DNA of 64,000 nt from Raillietiella orientalis (GCA_036172245.1 JAYWIR010000036.1:1798001-1862000); one strand, 5' to 3'. Numbered from the stretch's first letter, positions 1 through 13,330 are shown. Numbers and translations: made by a program. The notes: generated from the sequence alone by a model not told the origin.

Positions 1-1260
1 GGAGGCAGGGGTCTTCTTCGAAGGTAAGTGAGGCCCACATCACTTCGCCCCGGTCAATCCCCTCCCCCGGTTGACCAACGCAAAAATTGCAGCGCAGCAC
101 CTCATCAACAGCCACGGAGCGCGACAGCGCCATCGAGCCAGGGGGTCCGCCCACGTGCGCGCGCTCCTTCCGCAACGGTCCCAGCCTCCGGCTGAGATCC
201 TTCTCCCGACCCGCAGCTCCAACTCCACCCCTGCCACCGTCCCTCCTCCCGTCACCGCCTCTGGTGCTGCTGGCTCCAACCTGAGGCGATTTCCTGAGTG
301 AGCACCTTCCGGCAGGGCGCCGCCTCGCTGGTCTCATGGCTACCTCCGCTGCTATCTGCTGGCGGTGACTTGGCCTGCCGGTTCCTGACCGCAAGGGTGG
401 TGCTGCAGTCGAAGAGAGGGAACTCGCAGGCAAGGCTGAGTCCCTCCTTGCCTGAGGCGAGCCATGGCGGCCGCGGCCGCCCTCCTTCCGCCGCTCCGGG
501 CAGGGGAGGGTGCGCGCTAGGCGGTGCACCGAAGAGCAGGCCGGTCCTGCCCCGAGGCTAGCGTGGGAGTCAGGAGCAGACCGGACAGCCGCCGTCGCCG
601 TCTGCCGCGTTTCCTCCGCTCGGTGGCGCCGGCTCCCACGAGCGCCGGCGCTCCGAGGGGGGCGCGGGTCGTGTCCTGCGGCATCTTCACGTACGGATGA
701 CCATGCCAGCCTCGAGGTCAGCTCGCACCAGAGGGAGAGAGGGAGGGAGGGAAGCCCTGGCGCAGTAAGTGGACGATACGAGGCGGGGGCGGCTGTGTCA
801 TCTCTCGAGAGAGGTCCACGTGACCCCGAACCCACCAGTGCGGAACGACGGCGGAAGCGTCGCCCTGCAAAGGAATGCTGCCCCGAGGACAACCGGAGAC
901 CACGTACGGAACACGATGCCCTGTATTCGCTGCGCTGTGCTTGTACACTGATGGATGTGGGGTCACGTGCGTAGCAACCGCTACTTCATTGTGCGTGGAT
1001 ACGGTACGGAGTACCCCATCTCCTCGAAGGGGGGTGGGGCAGGGTGCATCTGCTTCCGAGGGGTGTGGACGAGCTTTCTGGTGCCCTCAAGTCTCCCGGG
1101 GGACCGCACCGTTGGTGAGACCGAGACTTCCCTCCCTCCCAGAAGGGGTTTCGTACACCCTCGCAGACGGGATGAGACGGAATAGGCCGGCTCTCCCCCT
1201 TCTCAAACCCGCCCAGAGGCGATGCTGCAAAGCGCCCCTCTAATTCCCCAGAAGGCTAAC
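1..1260 (-). mobile_element. Decayed Tx1/L1-like LINE ORF2, APE endonuclease region
   Basis: Minus-strand peptides in APE order: HPSVYKH (~NVYAP), IPLQGDAS (~GGDFN), GHVDLSRE (~LxDxWR). Heavily frameshifted. Confidence 0.4.
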
Positions 1261-1904
1261 CTGCCCTCCCACTCCGTTGAAACCAGGGGACCGCGGATCT
1301 GCGGGGCGGCTTCCCTCAGCTCTGCGAACGGTCAGTGGCCCGAACAGCTCCCCTCAAGCCTGGGGTCCCGGCAACCTGAATTGCTCTGTGGCTCCTCGAC
1401 ATCTTGTTCTGCGCTTCTTCCTCTTTTTTTTTTTTGCGTTTTCGCGCCAAATTTGCTTGCCTACGCGTCCAGGGCAGCAGGACGCCAAGCGCCTTATGCA
1501 AACAACTCCTCGTGCACGGTCGTGCACGTCACGGATGACCCGCCCCAAGGTGGAACGCCATCTCAAGCGCCTACGGGAGGAAACACGGATCCTCCACCAC
1601 CATACGTACACCCGGTGCTGTACTTTGCAAGCCACTTAAAACCGGCCCTCCTCGAGCCACCTTTGCGGAGTGACGTCAACGCGCAGGATCAACATGGTGG
1701 CCAACAATGCAATTCGAAAATAAAATTCATCGACGCAGGCACCGGCGCCACCGAGGGGAGGAAACACTCCGTGGCGCCTCGCCAGCTTAGGATCAGACTG
1801 GTACGCTGCAGTGTGCGTGGATCAGCGCAGTGTTACCAGTGCAGACGGGACTGAGTGTGCCTGGGAAAAAGGATTGGAAGCTGAGGATTGTTCTCCTGGT
1901 GAGC

Positions 1905-2427
1905 GCGATCCGCACGGTCGATCTTTTCAAGTTATGGGAAGTAACCCCGGAAGTACCATGCCCTATAAATCCGGGAAGGCTCCGGAGGAAAAGACTCCAT
2001 TCCTCTTACGCTCTGGGGACTCTCTGAAGAGAAGCCCGAAGAAACGCTTCCCATTTGCTCTGAAGGGTGCTTTCTGAAGGGAGCAGCGCTCTTCTTCACA
2101 CTCTGGAGAGGTATCAATCTACCAACTCCATAGTACGAGATGGAGTGTCCCTTCCGAGGAGGAAGGGGAGGAAGGGAAGGCTCCATTTTCACAACCGGAG
2201 GGGAACCCCGAACGGCTTCTTGCTTTCTGGAAGGGACCCCGAAGGGTCGACTTCCAATCTCAGCTAGTCAGCGGGGGCATCTGACTTCCATTAGTGCTGC
2301 ACCCGAAGCCCGTCCGTCAACCAGCGTCAAATCCGCGACGCACTTTCCGTTTGCTCCGGGCAGGATTCGAACCCGCGACGCTCGGTGCCGGGAGAGGTCG
2401 ATAGTGCCAGGAGCTCATCCGTCCCGC
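1905..2427 (-). mobile_element. tRNA-derived SINE-like element, copy A (short array)
   Basis: Minus strand has B-box GCGGGTTCGAATCC (~2363-2376), then the family body GGAAGTCGACCCTTCGGGGTCCCTTCC etc., homologous to the other seven copies. Confidence 0.75.
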
Positions 2428-2449
2428 AAAAGCTGGATGGGCAGTCCCG

Positions 2450-4730
2450 AGGCAGATTGTCCGCTGAGATAAAGAGCCGCCGCAGGTGGAGACGGCACGC
2501 GGGGGCAGGACGCTGCCCTGAACTGAGCGCAGGAAGCGACATCCGGAAGACGGTCCAGAGTGCAGGGAAGAAAAAAGGAGAGGGAGATAAGCGGAGCACA
2601 AAAAGCAGTCGAAGAAGCAGATCCAGATAGGGGCTAATGGCGACCGGTGAGCCACGCGGCGGGCCGTGGAGGAACCTCCTGAAGCCGATTCCCCAGCCAG
2701 GTGGGCAGAGGAAGGAAAAGGGAAAGATCATGCAGGATTCCTAGTTTCGGGCGGGGGGTCGCTGGCTCCGGATGGAAATGCCCGCAACCCCGCGGCACCC
2801 GGAGGACGAAGGCCCGCATCCGCGCCGCTGCCCCTCTGCGCCTGTTCTCTCGAGAGGACTTTTCGAAGGACACGGGTGCGCTGGTCATGCGCGAGCAAAG
2901 CCTCCTCCTCTCTTCCTTTTCCTCCTCTTCCTTCTTCCTCTTCGTCTTCTCCCCTCCGCCCCCGGAATGCTCGAAGGGCAAGACTCGAGGAAGGACAGCA
3001 GGGTCAGGTAGCCACCGCCTGCCGCGAGAGGAGCGCCCCCCTCGGCGGTGCTAACGCCAACTCCTAAAGGAGGAGGAGTCCTTTTGCTCCGGGCGAGGAG
3101 AAGGGATCCTGGAAGTCGGTGCAGTCCTTTCATGGAGATCACTTCCTGGAGAGGTCATCCTTGCTTCCCTCAAGCGAGGTTTTCTGGGTGGGAGGAGGCA
3201 TAAGCCGCGGTGGCACCCCTCCCGTCCTTTCGCGCGGCTCCAAGTCGGCCTCGCAGTCCTCAGCAGCCGCGGTACCACTCTGAACCCTATAATAGCCGCA
3301 TTCCAGAGCAGCTGGTCTATCGGGAAAGGGGTTAAAGGAGTCACAGAGGGGCGCCTCGAGCGCCCATGGAGCGAGGGAAACACTCGCGCCAGCAGAAGGG
3401 TCGCGTGGGTTCTGCTCTCCTTCGACTCCGAAGGGCTACCGCCCTTCCGAAGTTCTGACCCTGCCGTCGCCCTCTTCTGCCGGGGAACGTCCTCGTTTGA
3501 AGAAAGAGACCAGGAATGCTGCTTCCGGACCCTCCTTCACTGTCCTTTGGTGCCCGAGGCAGCTCCAGAGGAGTTGCCACGGGCAGCGGGGCTCCGGTAC
3601 CCGGTGGCGAGGGGACCTGCGGACCGCATTACTCCAGTCCTTCCTTGAGGGTCTACCGCGGATCGTCCCTAGAGGCCCGTCTCCGCGGGCTCACCATTAC
3701 CTCTCCAGCGCCGCCGGGTGTGCGCTGAGCACAGATCCGAGCTGGCAGGCTCCTTAAAAGGGGAAAGGGAAAGTCGCTCATAGGAGAGTGGAGGAATCAG
3801 TGCGGCCCAGGAGCCCTTGGAAGGTCCCTGCTGCTCACTGGAGAGCACCGGTCTAGCAGGATGGCAGCGCGCTGACGGTCCAGGAGGAGCAGGAAATCAC
3901 CCAGCAGGAAGCCCGGGATAGTCGTGGGGTTTCTGGGGACTCCCCAAAAGATATTCCCGCTTCTGATGGACCCTGGGAAAGAGAGCTTCTCCCGCCTCAG
4001 TGGCAGGAGGAGCAAACTGCCGCCCGCCCACCCGGAGAACCTGAAGCAGCCGGTGACCCACAGCCCTTCCCTTCCGCTGTCCTGCTGCCCCGCTTCCCGA
4101 TCCTACTGGGGACTTCGGAACTCTGACTGCCCCTGCCTCGGCTTTCCCTCTCCGTCTTCTTGACTGCCCTCCACCTTTCCGGAACCCTTCCCCGTTTACT
4201 AGCTTTGCCCCCTGCTGGCTGACGATACCTCCCGGAGTCCACGCTCCAGCTCCACCCCACACAGGCGGGGGGCCTCGGAGTCTCCTCGGCAGCACCGAAA
4301 ATATCGTTGGCAAGGTTTTTCCCCTCGACTGCCCCTCAGGGCGAGCCCATTCTGAGGAAGGAAAAGGGGGCTGCCTCCCCACGCGCTCTGGAAGTAGGGT
4401 GAGGGAGTGACGAATGCTGGGCGACCGGTGATCTGCTCGGCGCTCGCTACATTCTGACCCTGATGCACCTGGCGCGTCGTTCCCTGCCGCTGAGTCTGCG
4501 TCCGTCTTGGGCACACAGCTCGCAGCTTCCTTGTCAAGATTGTCTTTGTGGAATCTTCAAGAGACGGGCCACTCAGAGCAGGGTCCTCTGTTGCGAAGGG
4601 CGCGGCACTACCCTTTGCGAGGAACTCTTTGACGGCTGCAGAGGGAAGGTTCATCCATCCCTTCCTCGTTCATTGCCACGATGCTCCCGTGGCGAGGGAC
4701 AGCCAAAGATCACTGATGATCAAGTCTCCT
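2450..4730 (-). mobile_element. Possible decayed LINE ORF1 (gag-like) region
   Basis: Cys/His-containing stretches near 3270-3420 (PFCWRECFPRSMG) and a basic low-complexity region, upstream of the APE remnant on the same strand. Weak. Confidence 0.25.
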
Positions 4731-4920
4731 TTCAGCAAAAAAAAAAAAAAAAGGAACAGAGGCCGAAAGAGAGCTGAGCGTTACCCTCGTATCAAGCACT
4801 CAAGCTACAGGCACCCTCTTTAGAGGGAGGGGAGGTAAAGGATGCTGGAACTGCTTCCAACACCTTTTACAATTCATGACTTTGGAGCTTCTAGAGTCAA
4901 GGTTTGAAGTATTCAACACC

Positions 4921-5072
4921 TAAGAACAAGATGCATCAGACAAGACCAGTACCCAGCATCCAAGACCAACATCTGGAACTCAAGAACAATACCCAAGACC
5001 CAAGACCGATATGCAGCACCCAAGACCAGCACGTAAAAACCGAAGTCAACATCCGAAACCCAAGACCAAGAC
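4921..5072. repeat. Degenerate minisatellite, 20-bp period (CAAGACC core) with 60-bp higher-order unit
   Basis: CAAGAC/CAAGAA-like cores start at 4921, 4941, 4961, 4981, 5001, 5021, 5041 and 5061. Confidence 0.8.
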
Positions 5073-5099
5073 TCAGTGACAATAAAACCGAACCGAACA

Positions 5100-7320
5100 C
5101 TTGCTGAACCCTTCCTTGAAGCGCACCCCACCCTTCCTGGAGGCCTGATCTCCCTGCTGCGAGGTCTTCCTAGGACTGCTGGAATTCCGGAGAGTTTCGC
5201 CTGCTGCCATCCGCTGCTTTCTTGCCATCCTTTTGTGCAGCCGCCTTCCCTCGTCATCAGCAGAGCAAGTGTAGGAAGGAGAGAGAGGGGGGGGGGGGAC
5301 AACAGTGCCTGACCGCTCGAGTCTCCTCGGGGCTGAGATGACAACGTGAACCTGCAGCCTCATGTTTTCCGGCATTCCGCCGCCAGTGGATGCGGAGGTG
5401 GAGGGGAGTAGCGCCTTCGCGATCTGCTCGAGCGGTTCCGAGGACTCCCTGCTCGTCACCCTGCCTTCGAAGCTCGTTCCAGGGAGGAAGGGGGGGGGGG
5501 GGGAAGGAACCGGAGAAGACGGGGGTGCGCGAAAGCTGACCATGCGAGAAGCGGACGTCTCGCCGCACACCTGACCTGACACGTCACGCTTGATCAGCGA
5601 GCACCCCGGACGAACGCACCAGCAGCCCGTGTTCCTGTCGGGTCAGTGGGTGGGCTCTCGAAGATGTAGCGCTCCATGGAACACTGCCATGCCGTCGCGT
5701 CCTCGGATGCTGTGCCGAAAATCCTCCTCTGCCCTAGCCCACGTTGCTTGCCAACCTCGGCGGGGGCTTCTGGTCATGCTGGGGGCATTCGCTTGTAGAA
5801 GACGCGGCGACGGGAGAGCGCTTCGGCGTTGCAGAAGAGCCAGGCCGGAGGTTCGCAGGTGGGCCGCAGGGGCTGCTCGGAGCTTCGGAGTGAGGGTCGA
5901 TGTGGAAAAAAAACGGATGGACGGTGGTCAGGGAAGAGAGGAACTGCCACTCCTCGTTTGTGGTCCCCGCAAGACGCCGGCGGCCCGCACGCCTCCCTCG
6001 AGGAAGGGACCGCAGCGCAGGCGGCTTCCGGTTTCCGCTAGCGCAATTCCGGAGCCTTCAGGATGTTGCGGATGCCAACACGCGATGGATCGCCCACCGC
6101 TGCTGCGCCTGGGAGGGGTGCCTTCCTCGCTTCTCGTCACGTGACACAGAGGGCTCGTTGTGAGGGACACCCCGGCTGAGAGAGGACTGCCTCGTGTTGC
6201 CACCTCTCGGGAGCACCACTGAAAGTTTCCGCCCACGTTTCGCCCAGCCCCTCCGCCTGGAGGTGGGGCGTAGCCGCGTCAGCCGGATCTTTCACGGTGC
6301 GCCCACCAAGTGGCTGTCCCACTCCTTGAGTGGTACAGGGTAGCCGTTGTTACCTCACCGGTAGGCAGCCGCTCTTGTTTTCCCTCAAGGAAGACGGGGC
6401 TGCGGCCAAAGGCCGTGGGGGATGCGTGGGTTCGCTCGGTCGATTCCTCGCAGGGACGTCCTGCCGAAGGTCTTCCAGCACGCGCTGCTGGTCAACCGCG
6501 CCCAGGCGTCCGCGGATTTCTGCCTCCAGGAATCGAAAGGGCAGCAGGACATCCGCTCGTTGGCACCCAGCAGGGAGGCTGGCTGCTTCAGGGGAAGCCC
6601 CAAGGGCTGGACCCATCTCCGGCTGCAAGGGAGCAGCGACGCTGGTCGCGCTGGCAACCGACCTTCTGCCGCATGGCGTGGTGAGCGGGGAAGCACCTCT
6701 GTCCTCTCGTTTGTCACACCAGGTGGCAGCGGCAGCAGCAGCCATGAGCCGCCATGCAGGGAAGACAGGGAACTCTCGCTCTGCATTGTCTGAGGTCCAC
6801 TAGTGGATGGCTGCTTACGGGTGGTGGGATGAGTGGATGCTGAGGGTTCAGTTCGTCGGATGACTTTGCCGTCACGAGGGGGCAGCTCCTTCACGACTTC
6901 CCCACGACAGGTCTTCGCGCGTGCGCTGTGGGCCTCGCTGCTTGTTGTAGGATGCGGGATGGTGGAGGAGGGGAACCACACCCGTTGGGTATTCACCCAA
7001 CGGAAAGACGTGCGTCGGTCTCGAGAGACGCAGGTCCCCGACAGAAGCATCCAGGAAATTTCCGGATCGGGACCATCCATCCGGGTCCCATCGGGAATCA
7101 GGAAGCTTTTTGTCCCCCTTCCTGAGGGGAGTAAACGGAGGAGCTCGTCACCGCAAGGATCTCTGCTGACCCTTCCCCTTCGAGCGAGGAACCTGCTCTG
7201 GGGCAGGACTGCCCTGTGGCAGAACCTCCGCTCCTCACCGCTCCGCTTCCAAAGTGCGCCGCGTCCAGCACCGCGTCGGCGTTCCTGGAAACCGACGAGC
7301 AACGAAATCCCGAACGATCA
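5100..7320 (-). mobile_element. Decayed Tx1/L1-like ORF2 (APE to start of RT)
   Basis: LVGFQE (~FLQET) near 7290 and a DG..AE-like start-of-RT motif near 5200. No intact frame. Confidence 0.4.
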
Positions 7321-7329
7321 TGAGTAAAC

Positions 7330-8075
7330 ATAAATTCGAACGTTTATTGTATGTATTAGTACCAGATGCAATGTGTGTTTCATTTTCCTGCCATTTGCAG
7401 CACTCAATAGATGGCGCTTTCTCAGTAATGATGAATTCCATTTTCGGGATTTTGATCGTTTGATACATACATATGCGTTTATAATTCGATGTTTATACAT
7501 TCATTTAATACATATTTATTATATGCAATAATATATGTACCTAATGAATACATATATTTATTTTTTATAATCTAAAATATGTATACTAATAATATGTAGT
7601 AATTATATGAATACATGTGCATGTTGAAATAAATTTACACACTAATATATATATAAATATCTATGCATAAATATATAAATATTACTATCTATATATAAAT
7701 AATCCATATATAAATTCTATATATAAATATATTAATATAAATACGTATATTAACATGCATAAGAAGCATATATTTTTATTTTTCCAGTCTTTACAATATA
7801 AACGTAATCTATCTAAACGTAAACATCTATTTCTTATAGCATTCAATATATATATTAATAATATACTGATTCATGTTATTAATTATATTAATAATGCGCA
7901 TGTTGATAAATTTGAATAAACAGGTGTTATGATAAGTCTGCATATTAATCTACATGTAATCTATACATATTAAGCATCTATATATTTTGATGATATACAA
8001 TCTCAGTATTAATCTGCCTATAAAAATGTATACATTTACGTGTATAATAAGCATCTATATTTATTTTTTTTTGAT
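7330..8075. repeat. AT-rich non-coding interspersed repeat, copy 1
   Basis: Abrupt AT-rich block sharing motifs (TATTAATCT(A/G)CATGTAA, ATAATAAGCA..TATTTATTTT, AAATCCCGAAA) with 16890-17880 and more weakly 56200-57125. Confidence 0.55.
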
Positions 8076-8900
8076 ATTCCAGGATTTTGGAGCAAACCTG
8101 AGCCGCAGCGAATTCCTCAGTGGAATCATCGAAGAAAAGAAAGTTTTCTAGACACTCGATGCCACCTGCGGAGCCACGTACCATCACTTATCCGTTTGGC
8201 AGCGCCTATCATCATTACTATTGCTACTGCCCTGGGGGCATTTTTATCCGGATCCTTTCTCGCCTCGTGCAAGGCGATCGCCTGCGCTCGGTGCCGCGGC
8301 TCGGCCAGTTTCATTCAGCGCCGCACGGCGATCCACGCCGATGGCTCATCTTACCACAAATCTCTTGGTCGGTCGGTGATTCCGAGAGCTGCGTGCCGCG
8401 TAGCCATGTGTTAACAGCTGTTCATGAGATCTACAGGTCGTGTCACGCAGCTAAGCTAGGAGAATGGCGTGATGCATCCACTGTTACCGAGGCTGCACAT
8501 TCCGGATTCTATTTTTAGCCGAGCCACGATTTCAGCCTCCATGACTTCCGTTTATTCGCACTCCATTGACTGCCATTGGGTTCCTTGCCTCGGCGCAGCC
8601 ATGCCCGGTTGATTCCAGGGTGCTGTGGACGTGTTGAAAATACCGGTGGGAGCACCAGGCAAACTCTGGCTCCGCAGCTGGGCTCAGACCTTTGCGTAGG
8701 GCCTGAAATGCTGCGGCAGCGGCAGCGACCAGATGAGTGCTCGAAAGGTGGCCGACTGGATTGGAAGAGCCGCTGATCGCTGGTGGATGGAGCGGAACCG
8801 ATTGGTTTGGCGAGTGACCGACGCCGGTTAGTCACCTCCTCTATCATGACATCTGGAGATTCAGATGTGGAACTTTTCGAGACTTCACCGTGGCTTCTCC
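8076..8900 (-). mobile_element. Decayed Tx1/L1-like ORF2 (end of APE, linker)
   Basis: KSWRLKSWLG (~WKLNxSLL) in ORF 8515..8952(-). Probably interrupted by SINE copy B. Confidence 0.35.
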
Positions 8901-8905
8901 GATGG

Positions 8906-9670
8906 GCCCGCGTCGGAGGCCGTGTGGTTGCGATGGTCTCCGCGCGTGGCACCTTGAGTCGTGGGTTCGAATACCTCGAAGGAATCGACGCAGTGCGTCG
9001 TGGGTTCGGAGTTCACCCCACAAGATGACGCTGGTTGGCCTACATTCATGCGGGTGCGGCATTGGTAGCCGTTAAAACCGGATGCCCCCGATGAGGACTG
9101 TGTCAAATGGGAGTCGACCTCCGGGTCCTTCCAGGAATCACGGAATACGAGCTCCCCTCCGGTTGTGAAGGAGCGGACCCCCATTCCGGGGGGACCCTCC
9201 GCGTCGTACGATGGAGTAGGTCTGTCTCCACTACCGCTCCAGAGAGTGCAGAGAAGCGAGCCGATCCCTTCGGGAAAGCTGTGTCCTGAATTTCGGAAGC
9301 GTCCCTTCTGGGTTCTCTTCAGAGGAGTAAAAACATGAGCGAATCCCTTACTGAGGAACCTCCGGAGAAGAAATGCCAGGATGGGATCCTTTCCGTGTTC
9401 CCTTCAGAGAAGAAAGAATGGAGCGGACCCCCGGGGGTCCTCCGGAGAGAATAAGGAAGGAGAATTCCCTTCTGGATTCTCCATCGGAGGTGATCTCAAT
9501 TTCCGGGGACCCCTCCCCAGGCGTGAGAGGAACGGACTCCGAGTCCTTCCTGGATTCATAGGGTGGACCCCTCCCGGGGTGCCCTCTATCTTGAAGAATT
9601 ACTCACCTTCGGGTGACGTCGAACCGTGTCGAAGAACTACGGAGACAGAAAAGAAGGATTTCCATCATCT
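8906..9670 (+). mobile_element. tRNA-derived SINE-like element, copy B (full length)
   Basis: Head GCCCGCGTCGGAGGCCGTGTGGTTGCG...GGTTCGAATACC (B-box 8964-8975), ~40-nt repeat array ~9110-9560, tail AGAAAAGAAGGATTTCCATCATCT shared with copy G. Confidence 0.85.
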
Positions 9671-11149
9671 GAAAGCGTGAAGAAGCATCTCTTCAGACGT
9701 TTCACAACTCACCAGCGGATGCAAAACGCCAGCTGCTGCCGTTTCCCTCTGCTTCGCATGGAAGAAGGTCGCTGACGCTTATGCAAGGATTGTCTCTGCC
9801 TCTTCTTCCACCTCTGCTCTTGCAGGTACCGTTATGAGCATGACGCAAGTATCAGCAAGCACATTATGTATCCTGATTTTGACACGACGATGGTCTTCCG
9901 GGAAGCCGTGAGTTCTGCGGGTTGAGGGCTTATAACTCTATGCCTAGCAGCTGGTCTTCATTTTTGCTACGTCCGCTTTAAGAGTGGAGACCAGGAAACC
10001 TCTATGTGCGAAAACGCTGCGCGCCAGCACATCCTCTAGATGAAGGTACTCAGATATGCCTGCTCATATATGTAGCTGAGCAAAACAGCATCCGCTTCGG
10101 ATAAGGGACACTGGTGACCCGCCTTCCATTCCTGCATTTTTGAATTTCGGCCTCTGCGGAACTGCAATACCACGGGCTGCCATCTGCTAATCGAAAAAGA
10201 CCAGGTTGCCAATGATTGCATGCAGCGAATGCTCTTTTTTTATTGGCCACTAAACGAAACCAATCCCTGCTCCCTAATCCTCTCGAGAAAAGGGAATGCT
10301 CTAGAGGTGGACAGAGAGTCTCTCCTCGTGTTTGGACCTTCGGGCAGCGGTGCCTCCAACAGATTCTCCTTGATCGATTTCCGAGAGTTCGGTACGCACC
10401 TAGCTCAGCTACATTGGTCACGTAGGGCTTCTATGTATTCAGCAGCGTGTGTAAAGTCTTCTGTGAATCCGCTGTGTAAGCAGTTCCACAAAGGCCTCCG
10501 TGCTTCCGGGATCGCAGTTTGTGAATAAAAGTGACCACAGCTGGTTCCTAATCAATTAAAAGGTAACCCGAATCATCTGATGAGCCATGCCGTATCGGAG
10601 CAGGTGGATGTGCACCAAGAATTCCATGGGTCGTGAGCCTGCTACTGTGTGGTACTTCGGCAAGGATGTCCTTCGAAAAGATGAACTGCATTTTTCATTG
10701 TGCGATACCATCTTGTCATGCACGTGTCATGCCCAAATCGAGTCTGCCAGGATACTCAGGATACGATTGCGACTAGTTCTGTTCCACCTGGTACTTCATT
10801 TTTAGCCACTTAAGAAAGAAATCTAGGACACAAAGGTGTGCGTTAATCGTGGGCGATTATCAGGTGTGCTTCTTGAAACGAAGAGAAGCGGTAAATTGTG
10901 GCTTGCAAGAGCTCTTCCATATTTCGGAAGGGCTATTTCGATACGTGCTTCAAGTCATCTACATGGGTGCTCCAACTCCGTCGAAAATAATGGTCAGCGG
11001 CAAAGTTTCGTCGAGGTATGCAAAACACGACAAGTATTCTGCTTATTTTATTTTATTTTTTTTGTTGAATGATTCGCACTACTTCCTCCTCATGAACCAT
11101 TTACAACGTTCACAAACTGACGGAATTTACAACGTTTCACCTGTTTCAT

Positions 11150-11860
11150 CAGCACCTTGCCGCCTGAAAGATAGCTAACAGTGTCATCTCAGGATAAAAT
11201 GAGTCTCTTCTTCACATCCTGGGATCGAGTATGCCCAACTGCATCCATTTTTCCCTCCGTCTACCAAATTATCCATTCAGTCTTTGCATTTTTATCATTC
11301 AAGAGCCCAGGTTCCTGGTTCCATGTTCTTCCCTGTCTCAATATTGTGGGACAATGAAGACTCTTTGAAAAGCAGCAGCGTTCGGTTCTTCGAGCTAGAG
11401 ATTGACTGTTTCGTGAGCTCCCAAGTTTCCTGCAATGCTCCAAGATTCCTTGATCTATTAATTGATTTCCATCATTCGTCTCCATGGTCCCATAATTTCA
11501 GCACTGGTTTTCAGTGTGCTTTTCGACTGTAGGGGGAAAAACATGCATGCAGTGGATGAATATCATCATGATCTTTGAATGGACTCCCCTGTTCCACCAC
11601 CACAGGTTGCTCAGGCAAGGATCGGCGCCGCTGTCTATCTAAAAGGGGAAAGGAAGACGAGTGGAGGATGTCACCAAGGTACGAAATCGTGGCTTCCTTC
11701 CATTCAAGCTGGAAAGGAGCTAAAGCTTTCCAAATGACCGCCCGTCCGCCATCTCAGTACCTTTCTGAGTGGAGTCACCATTTGCAGTCGTGAAGACGAG
11801 GCCACATGGCTCATCTTTCTAGGCCACCACTCACTTGCTAAAGGACAAACTCCTTCAACC
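11150..11860 (-). mobile_element. Decayed LINE ORF2, late RT and post-RT region
   Basis: TISYLG (~KYLG) near 11680 and QLGILD (~GGLGIxD) near 11230. Confidence 0.3.
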
Positions 11861-12169
11861 AAAACACGATATCCTTATGAAAAAAGCACCATTTTAAATA
11901 TCACCGCTGTGGCAGTTGTGGTATTACGAAAAGAACACTGCTAACAGCGCTATTACGAAGTCGTCACCAAAAATGGTATTTTTAACAATAATGTTCTTTT
12001 ATAAATAGCATCGTTATTAAGACGATGGCTGTTATAACATTGTGCTGCTAGGAAACAGCATTGTCGTACTACAAATACTATGAAAAAACAACAACACTGT
12101 TGCAAAGACAATGCTGTTTTAAAAATAGCCGTAGTTTCAAAAACAGTCCTTCTGTAACAATGGCACTTC

Positions 12170-13330
12170 CCTCCCCCACTTGCACTGACGTTCACTGCCG
12201 GACGCGCAGCAACTTTCGGAACTCTCCGCGAAATGGGACGAGTGGCCTTTCGCAGCGCACAGAGCCTACTCGAAGTTGCTGAACAACTCGACAGACCTGA
12301 TGTCTGTCTTGATAGGCGCCACTGGAGAATGGGTGAACATCGGCCCCACTTGCAAACGCAAACAGGCACTTCACCCATCCAAGATCGTGCCTAGAAGTAA
12401 GGAGATATAGGAAGAAGAGCTGGCTTTGGTGATACCTCACTTTGCCTCCGTGTCCAGGGAGACTGAGGACTGGATACACCAGAGGCCCAGATTAAGAATC
12501 GAGCATTGCGAACTGTTCTCCACCAGTGCCACCAAACGCGAGTGTTTCGCATCACCATGGAAATCAAAGGGAGCTTCAGCCACGGAACCCGGGAACTTTG
12601 GAAACAGCTGCCGCATCAGGCGTGGCTGCTGATGAACAAAGTCAAAATCAAAGGAAAAACGCTCAAAATACGTCAAGATTACGACGCCCTCGATGCAGCC
12701 TCGAACCGCTACGAACTTGAGCACGCAAACGTGCAGGCGGTAGGGGATGCACTCTTCAGGCGTGCATCCCCTACCGGACACCCAGGACGAGCTCCTGTTG
12801 CTCTATGACAGAGGCACCCTGAGTGGCTCCAGACTGCGACGCTGGACCGGCAACATCCAGGACGGACTGTTCAAGGCGTGCGGAGTGGAAGAAAAGCAGC
12901 TCCACGTGTTTGCTTGCCCCACACTGCGACCCGATTGGCAAGCGGTGAAGGCGGTGATCTGCCAAGAAAGAGGATCGAAATTCTGGCGGGTTTGTTTCTG
13001 GAGAGCGGAATCGTTCCCATGTACAACCCGATAGTTCTTACGGCGCTTGCCCTCTTCATCAAAGCCATTGTGATCAAAAGGGCAAAGATGCACAGATTCG
13101 GAAGAAGAATACCGGCATCGGGGATCTTGAAAGTCCTGCTGATGAGAGAGATCGGGATCAGAAGCTGCGGTAGAGTCCCAGACTGGACGTATCGCTACAT
13201 CCCCAGGAAGATTGGCGAATACACCCAGGTAAGAAGAACGATCCCCGGCCCACCCTAAACCCAAACTTCCAAATACGCAAATGAGATAAGTGAACAAAAC
13301 AAAACCAGTACAGTTGCAAACGATGAAAAC
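12170..13330 (+). mobile_element. Tx1/L1-like ORF2 C-terminus and A-rich 3' end
   Basis: KACGVEEKQLHVFACP (degenerate CCHC, ~CG..E..H.F.C) at ~12873-12920, followed by a helical C-terminal region and an A-rich tract after 13258. Confidence 0.55.

Noticed and set aside
8906..8985. Functional tRNA gene
   Set aside because: The B-box is present, but the acceptor stem and D-arm do not form a clean cloverleaf and the sequence continues into the repeat body. It is a SINE head.
9075..9125. Hammerhead ribozyme in the SINE (CCGATGAG / CTGAC motif)
   Set aside because: There is no conserved CTGAnGA...GAAA core across copies.
9110..9560. CRISPR-like array in the SINE body
   Set aside because: Units are degenerate, linkers are ~10 nt and homologous between dispersed copies rather than unique spacers, there are no cas genes, and the context is eukaryotic.
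11870..12150. Degenerate short-period repeat (AACA..GTT..AA-like)
   Set aside because: The periodicity is too weak to define by eye.
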